Positions 28,549-38,411 of a stretch of 64,000 nucleotides of DNA are shown piece by piece (position 1 is the first letter of the stretch; each line of letters opens with the position of its first letter). The position numbers and the translations under genes are program-made. The DNA is from a phage, in the sequence record PZ476263.1. The stretch is one strand, 5' to 3'. A model generated the notes under the pieces. The model was not told the origin of the DNA and made no database searches. It was given only the letters and a program-made list of their open reading frames with translations.

Positions 28549-28917
28549 TCAATAATTATTTCTCAAAATTTGAATTCTTTTTGAAGCGAAAAACTCTTTA
28601 GCTCCCATAAACTTTTCAGCAGCTGAAGGATTGCTTGTATGAACAAACAGAAGCGTATCGTACAGTATTGGCTTTCCAAATGCAAGTTTTTCTTCCAAGT
28701 ATTCGAAACAACGATAACCTTCTAAAGAGTCTTCTCCGAGATCGTTATCAAAATGCCATTCTTTCACGTATCGATACATCTTATCTTTTCTGTCCATAAA
28801 CTTAAAAAATTCGTCAGAGTTTTTTAGCCAGACTGCATCTTCTTGATCATAATCTTTAGGATCTCTTAAATCATCAAGCCAAATTTTCATATGTCCTCCT
28901 GTTTTTGATAAGTACAC
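28549..28917 (-). CDS. hypothetical protein
   Basis: ORF track, 122 aa. Confidence 0.45.
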   Translation of the reverse strand: MYLSKTGGHMKIWLDDLRDPKDYDQEDAVWLKNSDEFFKFMDRKDKMYRYVKEWHFDNDLGEDSLEGYRCFEYLEEKLAFGKPILYDTLLFVHTSNPSAAEKFMGAKEFFASKRIQILRNNY

Positions 28918-28944
28918 TATACCAGTATATTAAAATTACGTCAA

Positions 28945-28976
28945 CAAAAAACCGCCCCGAAGGGCGGTTTATTTTT
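28945..28976. terminator. bidirectional rho-independent terminator
   Basis: Hairpin aaccgccc-cgaa-gggcggtt flanked by T/A runs on both strands; downstream of nrdA. Confidence 0.5.
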
Positions 28977-29166
28977 AATTATATTTTAATAGTATTCTCA
29001 ACATATCCTTGGCGATTGTCTTATTGTCTCGACAACCTGCAAGATTGTTTCTTATTGCAGCTGAGTAAACTTCTCCAGCCGAACCAGGGAACTTTTTACC
29101 AAAAACCTTTGCTGATTTTTCAAATTGCCAACGATGTAAAATAAACCACTTGATAGTTAATAGCAT
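28975..29166 (-). CDS. hypothetical small protein (uncertain)
   Basis: ORF track, 63 aa; sits between the terminator and nrdA and may not be translated. Confidence 0.25.
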   Translation of the reverse strand: MLLTIKWFILHRWQFEKSAKVFGKKFPGSAGEVYSAAIRNNLAGCRDNKTIAKDMLRILLKYN

Positions 29167-29211
29167 TCACTCTCCTTAAAAGCTCCCTAAAAAGGGGGCC
29201 TGTTTTACCAA

Positions 29212-31470
29212 TCACAACTTGCAAGCACCTGACTCACAACCTTCGTCTTCTTCATCTTCACCATCACGAGTTTCCTGATAGTAAACAGTCTTGATTCCGA
29301 ATTTATAAGCATACATCAGGTCACGCAGAACAACCTTAATCGGTAATTTACCGTCTGGGAAATCCCAAGGTTTGTAGAACGTGTTCGTAGAGATCGATTG
29401 GTCAATAAATTTCTGAATGATTGCCATCAAATTAAGATAAGCAGTCGGACCATTCATTTCCCATTTATACTCATAAACTACGCCTTCTTCACCCAACCCA
29501 GGAACCAGTGTTGGCAACATACCCGCCGGAGACTTTTTGTAAGTTACCGGACCACGAGGAGGTTCGATACCGTTCGTCGAGTTAGTGATCTGACTTGAAG
29601 TCTCACAAGGCATCATTGTAGACAGTGTGGAGTTACGAAGACCGTGCAATGCAATGTCTAAACGTAAAGCTTCCCAATCCTGTTTCAATTCTGCCGTATG
29701 CAGCTGATCAACTTCCTTCTTGTAACGGTCGATTGGTAAAATGCCTTTCGAATACGTCGTCTGATCAAACCATTCACAAGCCCCACGTTCTTTCGCCAGC
29801 TGGACAGATGCTTTAAGCAGATAATACTGGAAAGCTTCTGCCAATTCATGGACTGCATTCGCTGCTTCTTTAGAACTGTATTTTAAACCACGCTTAGCCA
29901 AGTAGTAGGCCAAGTTAGTCCAACCAACACCTAATGTACGACGAAGCTTAGTTTTCTCTGCTGCCAGTACCGGATAGTTCTGATAGTCAAGAAGGTTATC
30001 AAGAGCACGGACTGTAACCATGATCGGTGCTTCGAGGTCTTCTAACTTCTCAATTTTACCTAAGTTGATTGCAGAAAGTGTACATAGTGCAACTTCGCCA
30101 TCGTCTTTCGGATCCTTAATGTTGTTGATCGGGTGAGTAGGTAACGCGATCTCCATACACAGGTTAGACTGCTTAATTGGTGCAACAGAAGAAATAAACG
30201 GACTGTTCGTATTACAATGGTCTACGTTTTGAATGTAGATTCGACCAGTCTGACTACGCTCCTGAGCCAATCGGCTAAATGCATCAACCGCTTCCAGTTC
30301 TTTACGTGGAACCTTAGGATCCGATTCAAGTTTTTCGTACAGCTCTGCAAATTTATCCTGATCTTCGAAGAAGAATTTATACAGGTCACCATTCGCTACG
30401 TTCGGGTGGAAGAAACTAATTTTTCCACCTTTCTGAAGACGAGTATACAGGAACTTGTTAATCTGTACACCATAATCAACATGTCGAGCACGGGTACTTT
30501 CTGTTCCTCGGTTATTCTTCATAACGATCAGGTTTTCAAAGTCCCAATGCCACATCGGATAGAAGTAGTTAGCCGAAGCTTTACGAAGACCACCTTGAGA
30601 TGCCCAACCTAAAGATTCTTGATACATTCGAACAATCCCGACTGTACCTGCATGTTTCACTTCACCACCACGAATCGGAGCGTCCTGACCACGAATAGCA
30701 CCAAAGTTCAGACCAATCCCCGCACGTTGAGCTGCATACTTACCTTGCGCTTCAACGGCTGCAAAGATTTGGTTAATATCGTCACCAGACTCGATCAGTA
30801 CGCAAGAACTGAACTGACGAGTTGGAGTACGAACACCGCCCATAATCGGAGTTGGCAACGAAACCTTCATCTGAGACACAGAGTTATAAAGATCTGCAAT
30901 TCGCTCCAGTCGTACAGATTTGTTTTCTTTACTCATCAGACCCATAGCAATCAACATAAGCGCCGTCTGAGGAGATTCATAAATTTCACCAGTTACACGA
31001 TCCTTAACCAGATATTTATCTTCATACTGACGCATAGCTGCATAAGTATAATCATAATCACGATCATGATCGATAACAGTATCTAAAAATTCAATCTCTT
31101 CTTTCGTATAATCACGAATAAGATGCTCGTCATATTTACCTTTTGCAACCGTAGTCAACAAATGTTGATACAGAGGCGTTGGTTCAAATCCACCGTATGC
31201 CATTTTACGCAGTTTAAACAAAAGCAGTCGAGCCGCTGGATACTGGTAATTTGGATTTTGAATACTAATTAAGTCCGCAGCAGATTTGATCAAAGTATCG
31301 TGAATCGAATCTGTTTCAACACCATCATACATCTGGATCTGAGCTTTCATCAAAATGTCAGAAGGACTTACATCATTAACACCTTCACAAGACCAAAATA
31401 CTACACGGTTAATTTTTTCAGCGTCAAATTTCTCTACAGTGCCATTACGTTTGCGAACATTGATACTCAA
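29212..31470 (-). CDS. nrdA: ribonucleotide reductase class Ia alpha subunit
   Basis: 752 aa; N-terminal ATP-cone (VxKRNG...E...I), IQMYDGVETDSIHDTLIKSAADLIS and later segments collinear with recalled E. coli NrdA. Confidence 0.85.
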   Translation of the reverse strand: MSINVRKRNGTVEKFDAEKINRVVFWSCEGVNDVSPSDILMKAQIQMYDGVETDSIHDTLIKSAADLISIQNPNYQYPAARLLLFKLRKMAYGGFEPTPLYQHLLTTVAKGKYDEHLIRDYTKEEIEFLDTVIDHDRDYDYTYAAMRQYEDKYLVKDRVTGEIYESPQTALMLIAMGLMSKENKSVRLERIADLYNSVSQMKVSLPTPIMGGVRTPTRQFSSCVLIESGDDINQIFAAVEAQGKYAAQRAGIGLNFGAIRGQDAPIRGGEVKHAGTVGIVRMYQESLGWASQGGLRKASANYFYPMWHWDFENLIVMKNNRGTESTRARHVDYGVQINKFLYTRLQKGGKISFFHPNVANGDLYKFFFEDQDKFAELYEKLESDPKVPRKELEAVDAFSRLAQERSQTGRIYIQNVDHCNTNSPFISSVAPIKQSNLCMEIALPTHPINNIKDPKDDGEVALCTLSAINLGKIEKLEDLEAPIMVTVRALDNLLDYQNYPVLAAEKTKLRRTLGVGWTNLAYYLAKRGLKYSSKEAANAVHELAEAFQYYLLKASVQLAKERGACEWFDQTTYSKGILPIDRYKKEVDQLHTAELKQDWEALRLDIALHGLRNSTLSTMMPCETSSQITNSTNGIEPPRGPVTYKKSPAGMLPTLVPGLGEEGVVYEYKWEMNGPTAYLNLMAIIQKFIDQSISTNTFYKPWDFPDGKLPIKVVLRDLMYAYKFGIKTVYYQETRDGEDEEDEGCESGACKL

Positions 31471-31482
31471 CTTTATTTCTCC

Positions 31483-31731
31483 TTATTTAGATTCAGCTTT
31501 AGATGCAGTCTTAGTGTTAGCTACTTCATATTTTTCTACGTTTTCAAGAGTAGGCTCACCAAGTCGTACTGTTAGTCCTGTGTACTGGTCATGATAAGTG
31601 TCGTCATAACCAAAAGAGTCGTCTACAAGGTCATTAAATTGTAACCAACCCAGATATTCATGCTTACTTGCGAAACCACGTTGAAACCATTTTGTATTTT
31701 CATCAGGAACGTTAACTTTACCTTTTGCCAT
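31483..31731 (-). CDS. hypothetical protein
   Basis: ORF track, 82 aa. Confidence 0.4.
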   Translation of the reverse strand: MAKGKVNVPDENTKWFQRGFASKHEYLGWLQFNDLVDDSFGYDDTYHDQYTGLTVRLGEPTLENVEKYEVANTKTASKAESK

Positions 31732-31743
31732 TTATTATTCCCC

Positions 31744-32220
31744 TTATTTAGTCAGACTTTCGATATTGAATTCAGGAAGATCCATAACAATTGTTTCAGA
31801 GCGATCTTCTTTTCGTGTATACTTACGGGTATTTACTTTTTCTACCACTGGGATATCGAAATCCAAGGAGTTAACAAAAGCTGTTCCGATTGAAGAACTC
31901 ACATCCAGAATATCCATCTTTTCATAAATATCAACTAACGGGAATTCAGATTTGTCACGAAGACGGCCCGAAAACACCGTTGTCTCTCGACACATGTAAG
32001 GTTTATCAATACAACGAACATTTACACGATTAATTCGGTCAATCTGACAAGGCTTATATTCTCCAGTTTCTTCATTAAGAATAGATACTTGGAATCCGAT
32101 TAGGTGAAGAACTTTACGAAGCGTTTTATCATCCTTTGGATCAAACTTCATGATTTTTGCACATTCCAGAATGAAATCCAGAGTTACTGCACCGTATTTA
32201 ACTTCTTTCTTAAAACCCAT
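31744..32220 (-). CDS. hypothetical protein
   Basis: ORF track, 158 aa. Confidence 0.45.
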   Translation of the reverse strand: MGFKKEVKYGAVTLDFILECAKIMKFDPKDDKTLRKVLHLIGFQVSILNEETGEYKPCQIDRINRVNVRCIDKPYMCRETTVFSGRLRDKSEFPLVDIYEKMDILDVSSSIGTAFVNSLDFDIPVVEKVNTRKYTRKEDRSETIVMDLPEFNIESLTK

Positions 32221-32307
32221 AATTTTCTCCTCGACAACTCTTTAAAAGAGGGAGCTAATTGCTCCCATTCCTCGTATAATATAAAATTAACTAACCAATG
32301 TCAAACA

Positions 32308-33345
32308 TTATTTTGCAACATTTCCAGGAATTAGTTGTCGATGCTGGACAAAACCTTTCAAGTTACCACTCCAGAAATTACCATCACGATCTACATGGGT
32401 AATTCCTTCTTCCCAACTGGCAGGATCCCAAGCCACATTCACCATTGGAACATTAGGGATAAAATCTTCCTCTGTTTCAGCGATCTCTTTAGCTTGGTGT
32501 TCAAAAGGAGACGCGTGTACCTTTTTACCACCCACAAGTCGAGAATAAATATCTAAAGCTTTATCTTTTGTACTGTCAAGTCGGCGATAACTTACCTGAC
32601 CGCAGCAAGAAGAGGAAATTCGTAAAGCCTCTTCTTCACTAAGCATAACGGGCTTGCCATCCTCATCCTCTACATAATAACCAGAGAATACGAAACAGTC
32701 ATCACCACACAATCCAATATTTTCGTAAGCATGTTCAACATATGGAGTATGCCAAACACCCTTTTCCAATTTTTCTGGATGAGAAGCATCATACGCTTCT
32801 TTCATTTTCTTTGCAAGAACTTCGATTGTTGGATCTGCATCTGCATCTACACGCAACCAGAAGAAATTTTCAAACTCTGTTGCTGTAACTACCGTCTTCA
32901 TCATTTGAAAAGGTTCGATCAGTCGGTTAGCAATTTGCTTATGATATCCTGCCGTTTCAAATCGTTCAGCCCATTCCGATGCAGACTCTGCCGCTTTAAC
33001 CCAAGCTTCTCGGCCTGTACAGAAAAGATTGTGAGCCAGACCATCTTCACCATCAACCCAATCATACCAAACTTTACCGTCGTGTTCCACACCATGATCT
33101 TGCATACCTGGTTTGTTAGCCCCAAATCGAACAGGCATTGCTGTGTTATTACGAACAAGCTCAATCATCTTCTTGATCGGAACTGCACGAGAAGACATTG
33201 CGTTTCGACTAAACAGTCGATGGGTCATCAACTCAGAATGAATAAAACGAGGATACGTCAATTCAAAAGTTGTGATTCGAGAATTTGTTACCGTACCAAT
33301 AGAGTCTGCAATAATTTTAACTTCAATTTGATTCAGCTTGTCCAC
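32308..33345 (-). CDS. thyX: flavin-dependent thymidylate synthase (ThyX-like, tentative)
   Basis: ThyX-like signature HSELMTHRLFSRNAMSSRA (H-R-x-x-S-x(4)-S-x-R); 345 aa is longer than typical ThyX. Confidence 0.5.
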   Translation of the reverse strand: MDKLNQIEVKIIADSIGTVTNSRITTFELTYPRFIHSELMTHRLFSRNAMSSRAVPIKKMIELVRNNTAMPVRFGANKPGMQDHGVEHDGKVWYDWVDGEDGLAHNLFCTGREAWVKAAESASEWAERFETAGYHKQIANRLIEPFQMMKTVVTATEFENFFWLRVDADADPTIEVLAKKMKEAYDASHPEKLEKGVWHTPYVEHAYENIGLCGDDCFVFSGYYVEDEDGKPVMLSEEEALRISSSCCGQVSYRRLDSTKDKALDIYSRLVGGKKVHASPFEHQAKEIAETEEDFIPNVPMVNVAWDPASWEEGITHVDRDGNFWSGNLKGFVQHRQLIPGNVAK

Positions 33346-33348
33346 TTA

Positions 33349-33576
33349 TTACTCCTTATTCTTTTCTTTAAGTACATTCAAATTATATGGTAGATAGCCT
33401 TCTAATTCTAACCAATCACCTTTTTCATTAATATATTCTAAAGATTCAATCTTGTCACCCTTTTTCTTTAGAACATTTAAAACTTGATCAACATCAAGAG
33501 AGTTATCGGAAAGCTGAAGTTTATCATCAACATACATACCTTCCCAATCATACCCTCGGAATATTACAATTTTCAT
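33349..33576 (-). CDS. hypothetical protein
   Basis: ORF track, 75 aa. Confidence 0.4.
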   Translation of the reverse strand: MKIVIFRGYDWEGMYVDDKLQLSDNSLDVDQVLNVLKKKGDKIESLEYINEKGDWLELEGYLPYNLNVLKEKNKE

Positions 33577-33758
33577 TTTAATCTCCGTATCTTATAATCA
33601 ACTGTCACATTATGCATGACTTTAAGGTACATGTCAAACACTTCTTTGCACATATCACTTCTTACCCTGAAGGAAGCAAGAATGCTTCCATTTTCAGATG
33701 ATAAGATCTCTACATACTCTCCGTACTTAACAATCCATCTTCCCTTTCCACACTTCAT
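33573..33758 (-). CDS. hypothetical protein
   Basis: ORF track, 61 aa. Confidence 0.35.
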   Translation of the reverse strand: MKCGKGRWIVKYGEYVEILSSENGSILASFRVRSDMCKEVFDMYLKVMHNVTVDYKIRRLK

Positions 33759-34372
33759 TGCCCCTTCCCTAAAATAAAGTCACGAATACGAAGCCAACAC
33801 ATGGTTTCCAAGTCATATTGGCAACGAGGCTCTTCTTTCTGTGTAAAAGGAGTATCGTATTTAATCTTAACAACATGATCACCAAATTGATTCAAGAATT
33901 CATTACGGTCATCGATAATGTAAGAACCTGCAACACCCGCCTTATATTTAGTAGCATAAAAACCACAACCGTCTGTTCCGCCATCAAGGTCCAACAACGG
34001 GAAATGACGTTTTAAGAAACGTACCTTACTGGAGAAGTGACCCTTCTTGCAATAAGAGACGAATCGAATCGGATGACCAGCATTATACAGATCCGTAATC
34101 GCTTGTACAGCATTTTCTATAGGCAGCATCTTATCATATAAGAAAGGATCTTCCCAATAATCATACGGCTGAATCATCTTCTTACATCGGTCAGGGAAAT
34201 AAACAGAAAGGTTATAATCAAAGTACCCCTTCTCTTCAAGATCCTTGTTCATCATCTCAGCATTTGGTTCGGTTCCATAAACCTCCGTCATCCACTTCAT
34301 CCAAGGCCAGCCAGACTCTACGATAGTAAGATCAACATCAATGATGATCGCTGGTTTATTCATAATCGGCAT
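33755..34372 (-). CDS. HAD-family 5'(3')-deoxyribonucleotidase-like hydrolase
   Basis: N-terminal IIDVDLT (DxD nucleophile motif of HAD phosphatases); 205 aa. Confidence 0.5.
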   Translation of the reverse strand: MPIMNKPAIIIDVDLTIVESGWPWMKWMTEVYGTEPNAEMMNKDLEEKGYFDYNLSVYFPDRCKKMIQPYDYWEDPFLYDKMLPIENAVQAITDLYNAGHPIRFVSYCKKGHFSSKVRFLKRHFPLLDLDGGTDGCGFYATKYKAGVAGSYIIDDRNEFLNQFGDHVVKIKYDTPFTQKEEPRCQYDLETMCWLRIRDFILGKGQ

Positions 34373-34373
34373 A

Positions 34374-35003
34374 TTATTCCCCTTTGCTGGTCAGTTTAAT
34401 AATTTTACGTGCAGTTCCGCTAAGATCACCATTCACATTTTCAACTTCGAAGTAATTAAACTTCAGAGATGGGTCAAAATCTTCAGGAGAAAGATATCGA
34501 CGGGAATCCCCATCAAAATTCAGATACTCACCAGTCTCTTGATTTTTACGCGTTAGTTTGATCAAGTTAAAATTCCCTTTTGCAGCATTAATAACAGGAA
34601 CCGCTTCATCGGGGAAACCACCATCCGAAATAACAAAAGTAACATTGTAATCCGGCAAAGATTGTTCGATATCTACTAATTTTTTAGATAATGCGTCACC
34701 AAAAACAGATTCACCGAAGACTGGTTTTACTACATCTTCCGAAATGTGGATCAACCAGTTTCGTGCGGAAACTTGTTTACCTGCAACAATAAAATACGGC
34801 TGTGGAACTTCTTTATAATCACGATGATAAAGAGCATTCCAAAGTTCACGATTAATACCTGCTGTACGAATTGCGATATCGAACAACATCTCTTTAAATT
34901 CTACATGAATTCCAATTTCCTTCCCATGGAGATTCAAACAGATTTCTTCTGCTAATGCATCTTTACCAGACATTGCAGGACCGTTCAGATTGATAACTTT
35001 CAT
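34374..35003 (-). CDS. deoxynucleoside monophosphate kinase (T4 gp1-like)
   Basis: MKVINLNGPAMSGKDALAEEI parallels the recalled T4 gp1 N-terminus MKLIFLSGVKRSGKDT. Confidence 0.55.
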   Translation of the reverse strand: MKVINLNGPAMSGKDALAEEICLNLHGKEIGIHVEFKEMLFDIAIRTAGINRELWNALYHRDYKEVPQPYFIVAGKQVSARNWLIHISEDVVKPVFGESVFGDALSKKLVDIEQSLPDYNVTFVISDGGFPDEAVPVINAAKGNFNLIKLTRKNQETGEYLNFDGDSRRYLSPEDFDPSLKFNYFEVENVNGDLSGTARKIIKLTSKGE

Positions 35004-35093
35004 TTCTTCTCTCCTCTCTGTTGTTTAGATAAGACGTATACTACTCACTTTTAATCTTTAAGTCAATATACTTTATTAAATATTTTCACTTAA

Positions 35094-35120
35094 AGAAAAA
35101 CCGCCCCGAAGGGCGGTTAA
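35094..35120 (-). terminator. rho-independent terminator
   Basis: Hairpin aaccgccccgaagggcggtt (same stem as at 28950) with a T-run on the minus strand, just after the stop of 35128..36174. Confidence 0.5.
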
Positions 35121-35127
35121 ATCATTT

Positions 35128-36174
35128 TTAGCTTACGATATTTGCAAGCAGTTGTGCACGTTTTTCTTTCGGCAACAAGTTGACACGTCCACGGCGCTGC
35201 TGGCCTGTTTTCTTGTTACGATAACGAACGTATTTACCGAGGTTTGTATAATGGAAGCCATCTTCAACCCATTCAGACATGTCCACCAGATCGTCAGTGT
35301 ACAGATCGAAGTTCGGAAGTCGATTGTCCCAAGCCATAAGGATTTCATAAAGCTCCTGGTTAGAAAGAACATCGTACATGTTGTAGTCTTTCATTTCATC
35401 CCAAGCTTCCATATTACCTTTTAAGCATTCTGCCCAAAGCTTATGACCTGCAAACTTACCATGCTTTGATTTCTTATATTTACTACACAGCTTATCTGTC
35501 AGATATTCCAGTTTGTTGGAAGTAAATGCAAATGTTGCTTTTGCAATTTGTAGAGTGTCGATCATTCGATAATTCGAAGGCTTATCATAACCATTCAAAA
35601 TAAATCGTGCATTGATCTTCTTCATATCAAATTTCTTAATGTTGTGACCAACAACCACATCAGCATCGTCTAGCAGCGACCAAAGATCAGGCATTAATGT
35701 TGCATCGCTCTCTGATTCATAATTTTCACGAATATCACGATAGATGATCTCTTCTGAATCTGCCCATTTCGCAACGAAGGACATGATATACCAATCCGAC
35801 TGCAACTGATTAAGGCCAATGTTGTTATTCCAAAGGCTCCAGCAATGACCCAGTAGAGGCGCTGTCTCGATATCAATAAACAAGATTCGGGCACGATTAT
35901 AAGAGAATTTACGATTATGGTCTTGCAGTTTAAAGTCCACAGTGTTCTTAGCTGTGGCTGCAAACGCTTCTTGATCCGCCATGAATCGATCATATTCAGA
36001 AAGAAGATCTTGAACTGAACTTACACCCTGTTTTTCAACTTCTCGACGCAACATATTTCGAACTGTAGATTCTTGAGATTCTTTACCCAACTGTCGGGCA
36101 ACTTCACGTTGAGACATACCGTGCTTCATCAGATCCAGAACTTGCTCAACAGTAAAAGTTACTTTATTAGACAT
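35128..36174 (-). CDS. DEDD-family 3'-5' exonuclease with N-terminal HTH
   Basis: Exo I ILFIDIETAP, Exo II VVVGHNIKKFD, Exo III YNMYDVL; N-terminal HTH-like MSQREVARQLG. Confidence 0.55.
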   Translation of the reverse strand: MSNKVTFTVEQVLDLMKHGMSQREVARQLGKESQESTVRNMLRREVEKQGVSSVQDLLSEYDRFMADQEAFAATAKNTVDFKLQDHNRKFSYNRARILFIDIETAPLLGHCWSLWNNNIGLNQLQSDWYIMSFVAKWADSEEIIYRDIRENYESESDATLMPDLWSLLDDADVVVGHNIKKFDMKKINARFILNGYDKPSNYRMIDTLQIAKATFAFTSNKLEYLTDKLCSKYKKSKHGKFAGHKLWAECLKGNMEAWDEMKDYNMYDVLSNQELYEILMAWDNRLPNFDLYTDDLVDMSEWVEDGFHYTNLGKYVRYRNKKTGQQRRGRVNLLPKEKRAQLLANIVS

Positions 36175-36184
36175 TTATTACTCC

Positions 36185-36409
36185 TTATTTTGAAAATTCG
36201 ATAATATCTACAACAGCGAAGTCGCGGATTTCTTGTTTGTCTGCATCATATGCACGTAGGAACCACTGAGGACCTTTATGGTAAGGACTTTCCCCGTACC
36301 ACATGGTTGGCGCACCTAAAACTGTGCGATAACCACACTCTCCTTTCCAATTCTTATAAAAGAATCGAATAGCCGGACAATCAATTCCCGACAAAAGTTT
36401 TTCGCTCAT
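36185..36409 (-). CDS. hypothetical protein
   Basis: ORF track, 74 aa. Confidence 0.4.
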   Translation of the reverse strand: MSEKLLSGIDCPAIRFFYKNWKGECGYRTVLGAPTMWYGESPYHKGPQWFLRAYDADKQEIRDFAVVDIIEFSK

Positions 36410-36971
36410 ACAAATAACTCTCCTCCAGCTCTTTTATGAATGCCTTCACATAAATCTCAATCATTGTGCTCTTATCGAGATTTTCATCAATAACTACGCC
36501 GTATCTTTCTAAACCGTTTCGAGCTATTGTTTCCTTTTTTATCCGCTTAAGATATTTTTTCAAATCTGCGACAATCTCTCCGTGAAATTTATTCAATGAA
36601 TAATCTCTTTCAAGATAATCAGCCATTCTACGCAAGACTTCACTCATTGTCAAGGATGTTTTATCTTCCATGTGCTTAGACCAAAGCTTTTGCACACCAC
36701 CTTCAAAAAGGTTTATTGTGCTCCCGATAACACCCCTGACTTTACCATCAAAGTGGTCATGGTCAAGACAAGGTTTTTCCATAACCTCCCCCAGTATAGC
36801 ACAAACTCCCTGTTGGTCAAGTAAAATTTCATCACGATATTTGGAAATTTCTTTAGAACCACTTACCCAAATTTCCTTATTCAGTTTTACACGTATCGGT
36901 TTAGTTGCCTTATCCTTTGCTACGAATAATGGCTTCTTGGACCGCCTCTTCCTCGATCTGCGTGCTTGCAT
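36381..36971 (-). CDS. recombination endonuclease VII-like (T4 gp49 family)
   Basis: PCLDHDHFDGKVRGVIGSTINLFEG parallels recalled T4 endo VII HLDHDHELNGPKAGKVRGLLCNLCNAAEG. Confidence 0.55.
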   Translation of the reverse strand: MQARRSRKRRSKKPLFVAKDKATKPIRVKLNKEIWVSGSKEISKYRDEILLDQQGVCAILGEVMEKPCLDHDHFDGKVRGVIGSTINLFEGGVQKLWSKHMEDKTSLTMSEVLRRMADYLERDYSLNKFHGEIVADLKKYLKRIKKETIARNGLERYGVVIDENLDKSTMIEIYVKAFIKELEESYLYERKTFVGN

Positions 36972-37572
36972 TAATTCCCTCCAAAGCCAGAGCCATTAAA
37001 AACTCCCCGTGTGTAGGAGCTTCAGGATCATCAAAGTATTGATCCATACCTTTTCGATAAAGACTTACAGGGAAATTTATATTTTCAAACAAACTATGGC
37101 CTGTGTGATCCTTATACTTGCTTGAAACACCCTCTTCAATATCTTCCAAAATGCCTCTTCCAAATTTTGAAGAGTTCAGGGCTATACGGATAAGGAAAGA
37201 ATCCTTACCTTCCTTTTTAACATTGTTCTTTATAATGCCTTCCAATGCGTGCTTATCATTTATTGCTTTTAATCCAAGCCGAGTTACGATCATTTCATCA
37301 AAATATTTTCCTTTGAGATGATTCCAGAATGACCATTGAGAGGTACAGATACTTGAGATAGTAATCTCCTTCCCACCTTGATAATCAAAAACTTTTAAAT
37401 CATACCCACCATAAGCCCTTTCGGCTTCATAACCAATATCTTCAAGAGACTTCTTTAAACGTGGGATGATATGCCCACGCTCAATAGTATTCCAGCAAAT
37501 TATTACTTTATTTACCTTTTTAAGTTTAATATCCGTTTCGCTCAAGATAACACCTCCCGATAAGAAAAGCAT
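36910..37572 (-). CDS. hypothetical protein
   Basis: ORF track, 220 aa. Confidence 0.45.
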   Translation of the reverse strand: MLFLSGGVILSETDIKLKKVNKVIICWNTIERGHIIPRLKKSLEDIGYEAERAYGGYDLKVFDYQGGKEITISSICTSQWSFWNHLKGKYFDEMIVTRLGLKAINDKHALEGIIKNNVKKEGKDSFLIRIALNSSKFGRGILEDIEEGVSSKYKDHTGHSLFENINFPVSLYRKGMDQYFDDPEAPTHGEFLMALALEGINASTQIEEEAVQEAIIRSKG

Positions 37573-38104
37573 CTGCTAAATCTGTCGCACCACCATTCTT
37601 TCCACTTTTGGTATACCCTTTTAGGAAATCTGGTTGAAGACTTTCACAGACCTTCATCATTTCATCTTTGCCCATTTTGATCTTGACCATCTTCGTCCCT
37701 TTATCATTCATGACCTCCTGCTCTTCACCTGGCAACTTATCACGCGCCCAAGATTTAACCGAAGTTGGTGCAACAGTATGTATGTTTTGCATAGTATACC
37801 CAGAACGGAGCAGTGTCAACTGAATACAGAAAAATAATCCTGCGAGATCTCTCGTTGCATTGCCTGCGGATCCGAAACTAAGAGATTCAAGTACAATATG
37901 CTCAACTTCAAATGATACACAAAGTTCAAGGATACGTCCAGAGATATATTCCATCTGCTCAGCTGGATTTTCAAAATACATTTGCCAATCTTTCGCATTG
38001 GACGACCCTGTAGTCTTCATAACTTCCTTAAAGATCGGTTCACCATTATCAAAAATTACACAAGCGCAGGATGCCATACTCTGATCAATCGATAATAGTT
38101 TCAT
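37526..38104 (-). CDS. RuvC-like Holliday junction resolvase (tentative)
   Basis: MKLLSIDQSMASCACVIF resembles the RuvC N-terminal (I-L-G-I-D-P-G) catalytic segment; start set to internal Met. Confidence 0.45.
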   Translation of the reverse strand: MKLLSIDQSMASCACVIFDNGEPIFKEVMKTTGSSNAKDWQMYFENPAEQMEYISGRILELCVSFEVEHIVLESLSFGSAGNATRDLAGLFFCIQLTLLRSGYTMQNIHTVAPTSVKSWARDKLPGEEQEVMNDKGTKMVKIKMGKDEMMKVCESLQPDFLKGYTKSGKNGGATDLADAFLIGRCYLERNGY

Positions 38105-38411
38105 CTTCTTCTCCTTTTGTCTCTTCGTCAAGGTAATGGTATTGATCAATCAGAAAAACATAGTTTTTAATTTCACCATCCATATAGACCATGAAGGTAA
38201 CGTATTTCTCGTCGTAGAATGGATCTCCTACAACATAGACCTGACATACCTTATCGATACGATTATCGTACCATTGCACTCGCCAAGGCTCTTCGATCAT
38301 AGTCCAAGGACCTTCTACCTTGTAAATCTGGCGACCAGCGCCAGTTACGATAGAGGAGCGGATCTTATCCGCTTCCATTACATCATCAAAGCTTTTAGAA
38401 AAATCTGACAT
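38085..38411 (-). CDS. hypothetical protein
   Basis: ORF track, 108 aa. Confidence 0.4.
   Translation of the reverse strand: MSDFSKSFDDVMEADKIRSSIVTGAGRQIYKVEGPWTMIEEPWRVQWYDNRIDKVCQVYVVGDPFYDEKYVTFMVYMDGEIKNYVFLIDQYHYLDEETKGEEDETIID

Noticed and set aside
30217-31086. Plus-strand ORFs of 131 and 155 aa inside nrdA
   Set aside because: Antisense to nrdA, whose identity is strongly supported.
32731-33393. 220-aa plus-strand ORF
   Set aside because: Antisense to the well-supported thyX-like gene; Cys/Phe/Arg-rich translation typical of antisense reading of an AT-rich gene.
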